DNA of 47,821 nucleotides from IMG/VR virus record IMGVR_UViG_3300037722_000645, positions 1-47,821 of that record; one strand, 5' to 3'. Below the pieces are notes generated by a model. The model was not told where the DNA came from, made no database searches, and worked only from the letters and a program-made list of their open reading frames with translations. Made by a program: the position numbers and the translations under genes. This document shows positions 45,293 through 47,821 of this stretch, in pieces (positions within the stretch are counted from its first letter, which is position 1; each line of letters opens with the position of its first letter). Source of the stretch: a virus. Its lineage: Duplodnaviria > Caudoviricetes.

Positions 45293-45649
45293 ATGGCAAC
45301 GCCTACGTTAATGAAGGTTAACGGGCCGAAAGTGTGTCATTTGGCACTCGCGGCCCTATTGGCTGTTCTACCTGTGGTTTCGGCGCCACAGGCTTTGGCC
45401 GGCCCCCTCCCATGCAATGACCGCAAGGCCCTGGCGGACCTCCTGCACCGCAAATACCAGGAAGTCCCCGTCAGTGGCGGCCCCGAGATGAGCGGCTCCT
45501 ATGTCGAGCTGTTCCGGTCGCTCCCCACAAGCCCCCGCGATACCTGGTCGATCATCCTGCATTCACCGAGCGGCCGGAGCTGCATGCTGGCGGCCGGCGA
45601 GGGCTGGCGGGAGACACCTGTGAAGGTGCCGGCCGGTGATGGCATCTAG
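45293..45649 (+). CDS. Small exported protein
   Basis: Signal peptide ending AQALA-like (PQALA); C..R......L..KYQE.P...G...ELF...TWSI...SC.LAAGEGW; AGGAGG RBS. Confidence 0.75.
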   Translation: MATPTLMKVNGPKVCHLALAALLAVLPVVSAPQALAGPLPCNDRKALADLLHRKYQEVPVSGGPEMSGSYVELFRSLPTSPRDTWSIILHSPSGRSCMLAAGEGWRETPVKVPAGDGI

Positions 45650-45651
45650 TC

Positions 45652-45996
45652 GTGGACGAGTGGGCCTTCCCGCTGCGGGAGGATTTCCAGGCCGACGAGC
45701 TGCGGGCGATCTGCCAAAGGCTGAGGGACATTCGCGTCAGGCGCGGCTGGACGCAGACCGATCTGGCGCGCCGTTCCGGCTTGGATGCTTCGACACTCTC
45801 GCAATACGAAAGTGGGCACCATGCCCCTCGTTCGATGTGCGCCGTCATAATGATGGCTCGCGCGCTCGGCTACGCCTTCAAGCTTTCCGAGAACGAGGAT
45901 TCCTTTTGGCAGATGGTGCCAAACACCTGGCGTGTGCTGGCCGTGGTGGAGGACGGAGATTTCCGTACCGTCACCTATCAGCGCATCCGCCAGTGA
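45652..45996 (+). CDS. XRE-family HTH protein
   Basis: RLRDIRVRRGWTQTDLARRSGLDASTLSQYESGHHAP. Confidence 0.82.
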   Translation: MDEWAFPLREDFQADELRAICQRLRDIRVRRGWTQTDLARRSGLDASTLSQYESGHHAPRSMCAVIMMARALGYAFKLSENEDSFWQMVPNTWRVLAVVEDGDFRTVTYQRIRQ

Positions 45997-46006
45997 GGCG
46001 CGCGCT

Positions 46007-46342
46007 ATGAGCCTGTTCAGCCCCAACGGCAACGGCGACAAGGCGCAACTGCTGGTCCTGCTCGATCGGGTCAAGCGCTTTGAAACCGGCCTCTGGTCGT
46101 TCGTCCGGACGGTCGGCATGGCCGCCTTACTGGCCTGGGCCGGCTGGCAAGCCAGCACGACCCTGGATAACCAGGACGCCATCATTGGCATCGGCAAAGA
46201 CCTCGACCGCGCGCTCGAAATCCTTGGCGATGTGAAGTCGGAGCAAAGCCGGCGCACCGCCCTGGTCTACTCCATCGTTGACATGCAGCGCCGCCTGGAT
46301 TCGCTGGAGGTTTGGCGAACGAGCTTCGGCGGCCCGCGATGA
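46007..46342 (+). CDS. Single-TM coiled-coil protein (possibly lysis-related)
   Basis: Start MSLFS; TM VGMAALLAWAGW followed by coiled coil ending RRLDSLE. Confidence 0.6.
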   Translation: MSLFSPNGNGDKAQLLVLLDRVKRFETGLWSFVRTVGMAALLAWAGWQASTTLDNQDAIIGIGKDLDRALEILGDVKSEQSRRTALVYSIVDMQRRLDSLEVWRTSFGGPR

Positions 46343-46509
46343 CCGGCCTTCACATTATCGACCGCGGCAAGGGCCTTGAGCTTCTGATTCGCCGTGATAT
46401 CGGCGACATGTACATCCCGGCCACGCAAGAGGACATTGAAGTGCTGATGTACCGCTGCAAGGCCGCACTCGCGGCGCGGCAGAAGCTGCCCGTGCGGGAG
46501 TGGCGCTGA
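46339..46509 (+). CDS. Hypothetical protein
   Basis: ATGA overlap; 56 aa. Confidence 0.5.
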   Translation: MTGLHIIDRGKGLELLIRRDIGDMYIPATQEDIEVLMYRCKAALAARQKLPVREWR

Positions 46510-46571
46510 GAATGGCATCCCCGCCGCCTCTCTGACCCTCTTCGCCTGACCCCCACAGAACGGAATACCGC

Positions 46572-47821
46572 ATGCCTCCTACCCAGGATCAGATCGACAC
46601 GCTCGTCGCGAGGGTTGCGGCGCTCGAAGGTCTCAGCACGAAGACCCTCACGCTGATCGATCGCGTCCTCATTTTCCTTGGCCCCCAGAGCCTCACATAT
46701 ACCGGGCTGCTGGTTTCAGAGGTTCACGCAAACGGCGCCGAGGTCGCCACCTTGCTGGAAGGCATCGGCGGACAGGCGCCGCTCGGTTATGCCTGGGACC
46801 AGGAAGACGAGGTAGACCAGGACGCCGGGGGTCGCTTCGATGTCGACCCGCTGACCGGCGAAATCACGCTGGCCGACGATACCCTGATCGTCTACGCCAA
46901 TGCCACCACTCATCCGGTGCGCGTCCGCGTCACCGATGCCAACGGCAAGTCTACCGTGGTGACGCTGGATATCGAAGTCGCCTCGCCGATCAGTAGCCTG
47001 CTGGAGGCGGGCGGCTCCATCCTCGAAAACGCGGCGAACGGCAGCATCATCACGCGCCACACCGTCGAAGGCGGCGTTCCGCCCTACACGGCGCAGTTCG
47101 TGGCCGATGAAGAAGACGCGGGCGGGCGTGTTTCGGCCGATGCCGGGCCGGGCGATACGATCGACATTCTGAAAGCCGGCGTGCTCGATTTTGCCTCCGC
47201 GACCAGCCACGATTACAAGCTGGAGGTGACGGACAGCCTGGGCCAGGTCGCGGCTTTCGTGAAGACCTTCCAGGTACTCGAAGTTGATGTCGAGCCGCCG
47301 CTGGGCGAATACAGCCCCGTCTGGGTGCGGCTCAGCAACACATACTGGTCGCGTGGCCAGAACATCGTCGGGGCCACGAACGGCTCACAGTTCTGGATGA
47401 TTTTCACGTTCCGGCGCCGGCAGCTCGGGACACAGATGGTTCTCTCGGGCGTGACGGAAGCCGGGCAGACCGTCCTGGACGTTCGCTTTCTGTCGGACAA
47501 CACCCTGCAGGTGTTCGCCCGTAATGCCGCCGGAACGCAGGTTCTCGTCCTCAAAAGCACGGTCGCGGTCACCAACACCGACAATTCGCTGACCTATTCG
47601 ATAGCGGGCGATCTCAACACCGCGGGCAACAACCATCTGCGCATCGATCATGTCGACCGGCTGAACCTCGACACGCGCGTCCCAAGCGAAACCATCCCCT
47701 TCGAGAGCGCGGCTGACTGGCGGTTCGGGGCCTTCTCTTCCGGGTTCGGCGCGCTCGACGCCGACGCGGCCGATATCGGTTTCGCCATGGCGGCGCCGCC
47801 GGATTTCTCCAACGCGACCGT
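46572..47821 (+). CDS. Cadherin-like repeat + LamG-like adhesin/virion protein, partial (not in ORF track; runs off right edge)
   Basis: Hand translation MPPTQDQIDTLVARVAALEG... with no stop; two repeats DAGGRFDVDPLTGEITLAD..H.V.VRVTD..G and ENAANG..DAGGRV...LDF...SHDYKLEVTDS.G, then a beta-rich LamG-like region. Confidence 0.8.
   Translation, partial: MPPTQDQIDTLVARVAALEGLSTKTLTLIDRVLIFLGPQSLTYTGLLVSEVHANGAEVATLLEGIGGQAPLGYAWDQEDEVDQDAGGRFDVDPLTGEITLADDTLIVYANATTHPVRVRVTDANGKSTVVTLDIEVASPISSLLEAGGSILENAANGSIITRHTVEGGVPPYTAQFVADEEDAGGRVSADAGPGDTIDILKAGVLDFASATSHDYKLEVTDSLGQVAAFVKTFQVLEVDVEPPLGEYSPVWVRLSNTYWSRGQNIVGATNGSQFWMIFTFRRRQLGTQMVLSGVTEAGQTVLDVRFLSDNTLQVFARNAAGTQVLVLKSTVAVTNTDNSLTYSIAGDLNTAGNNHLRIDHVDRLNLDTRVPSETIPFESAADWRFGAFSSGFGALDADAADIGFAMAAPPDFSNAT

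Larger units (their letters stand above)
1..47821. mobile_element. Temperate tailed bacteriophage genome segment (lambdoid early region, podovirus-like morphogenesis genes)
   Basis: Integrase, divergent cI/cro, replication genes, terminase, portal, capsid and tail genes in canonical order; no host housekeeping context at either end. Confidence 0.97.

Noticed and set aside
1-47821. CRISPR array, tRNA or rRNA genes
   Set aside because: No regularly spaced repeat-spacer units, cloverleaf with T-loop consensus or rRNA-like sequence seen by eye; tRNAscan-SE was not run

Overview
The whole window reads as one GC-rich temperate tailed-phage genome segment. It has a lambdoid early region and P22/podovirus-type head and tail genes; an alphaproteobacterial host is an inference from gene content. 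Bases 1-15.3 kb are a leftward early arm: many small accessory ORFs, a GIY-YIG nuclease, a probable intact attP, tyrosine integrase and excisionase, a Fic protein, an ASCH-like protein, RecT and an HNH-AP2 endonuclease. Bases 15.3-16.5 kb are the immunity region: cI/cro, five 17-bp operators and a ~320-nt highly structured non-coding element. Bases 16.5-28.2 kb are the rightward replication arm: beta clamp, NinG-like protein, split Twinkle-type primase-helicase, SF2 helicase, initiator with iterons and a candidate late regulator. Bases 28.2-47.8 kb are the late operon: TerS, TerL, portal, scaffold, capsid, decoration protein, a Maf/MptE-like transferase, adaptor, nozzle, tail fibre and a cadherin/LamG adhesin running off the end. 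No host genes, tRNA, rRNA, CRISPR array, DNA polymerase, endolysin or ejection proteins were recognised. The best candidates for something new are the structured RNA in the immunity region, a Maf-like transferase inside the capsid module, and a hidden four-gene antisense micro-protein operon behind the portal. All family calls come from motif recognition by eye, not database searches.
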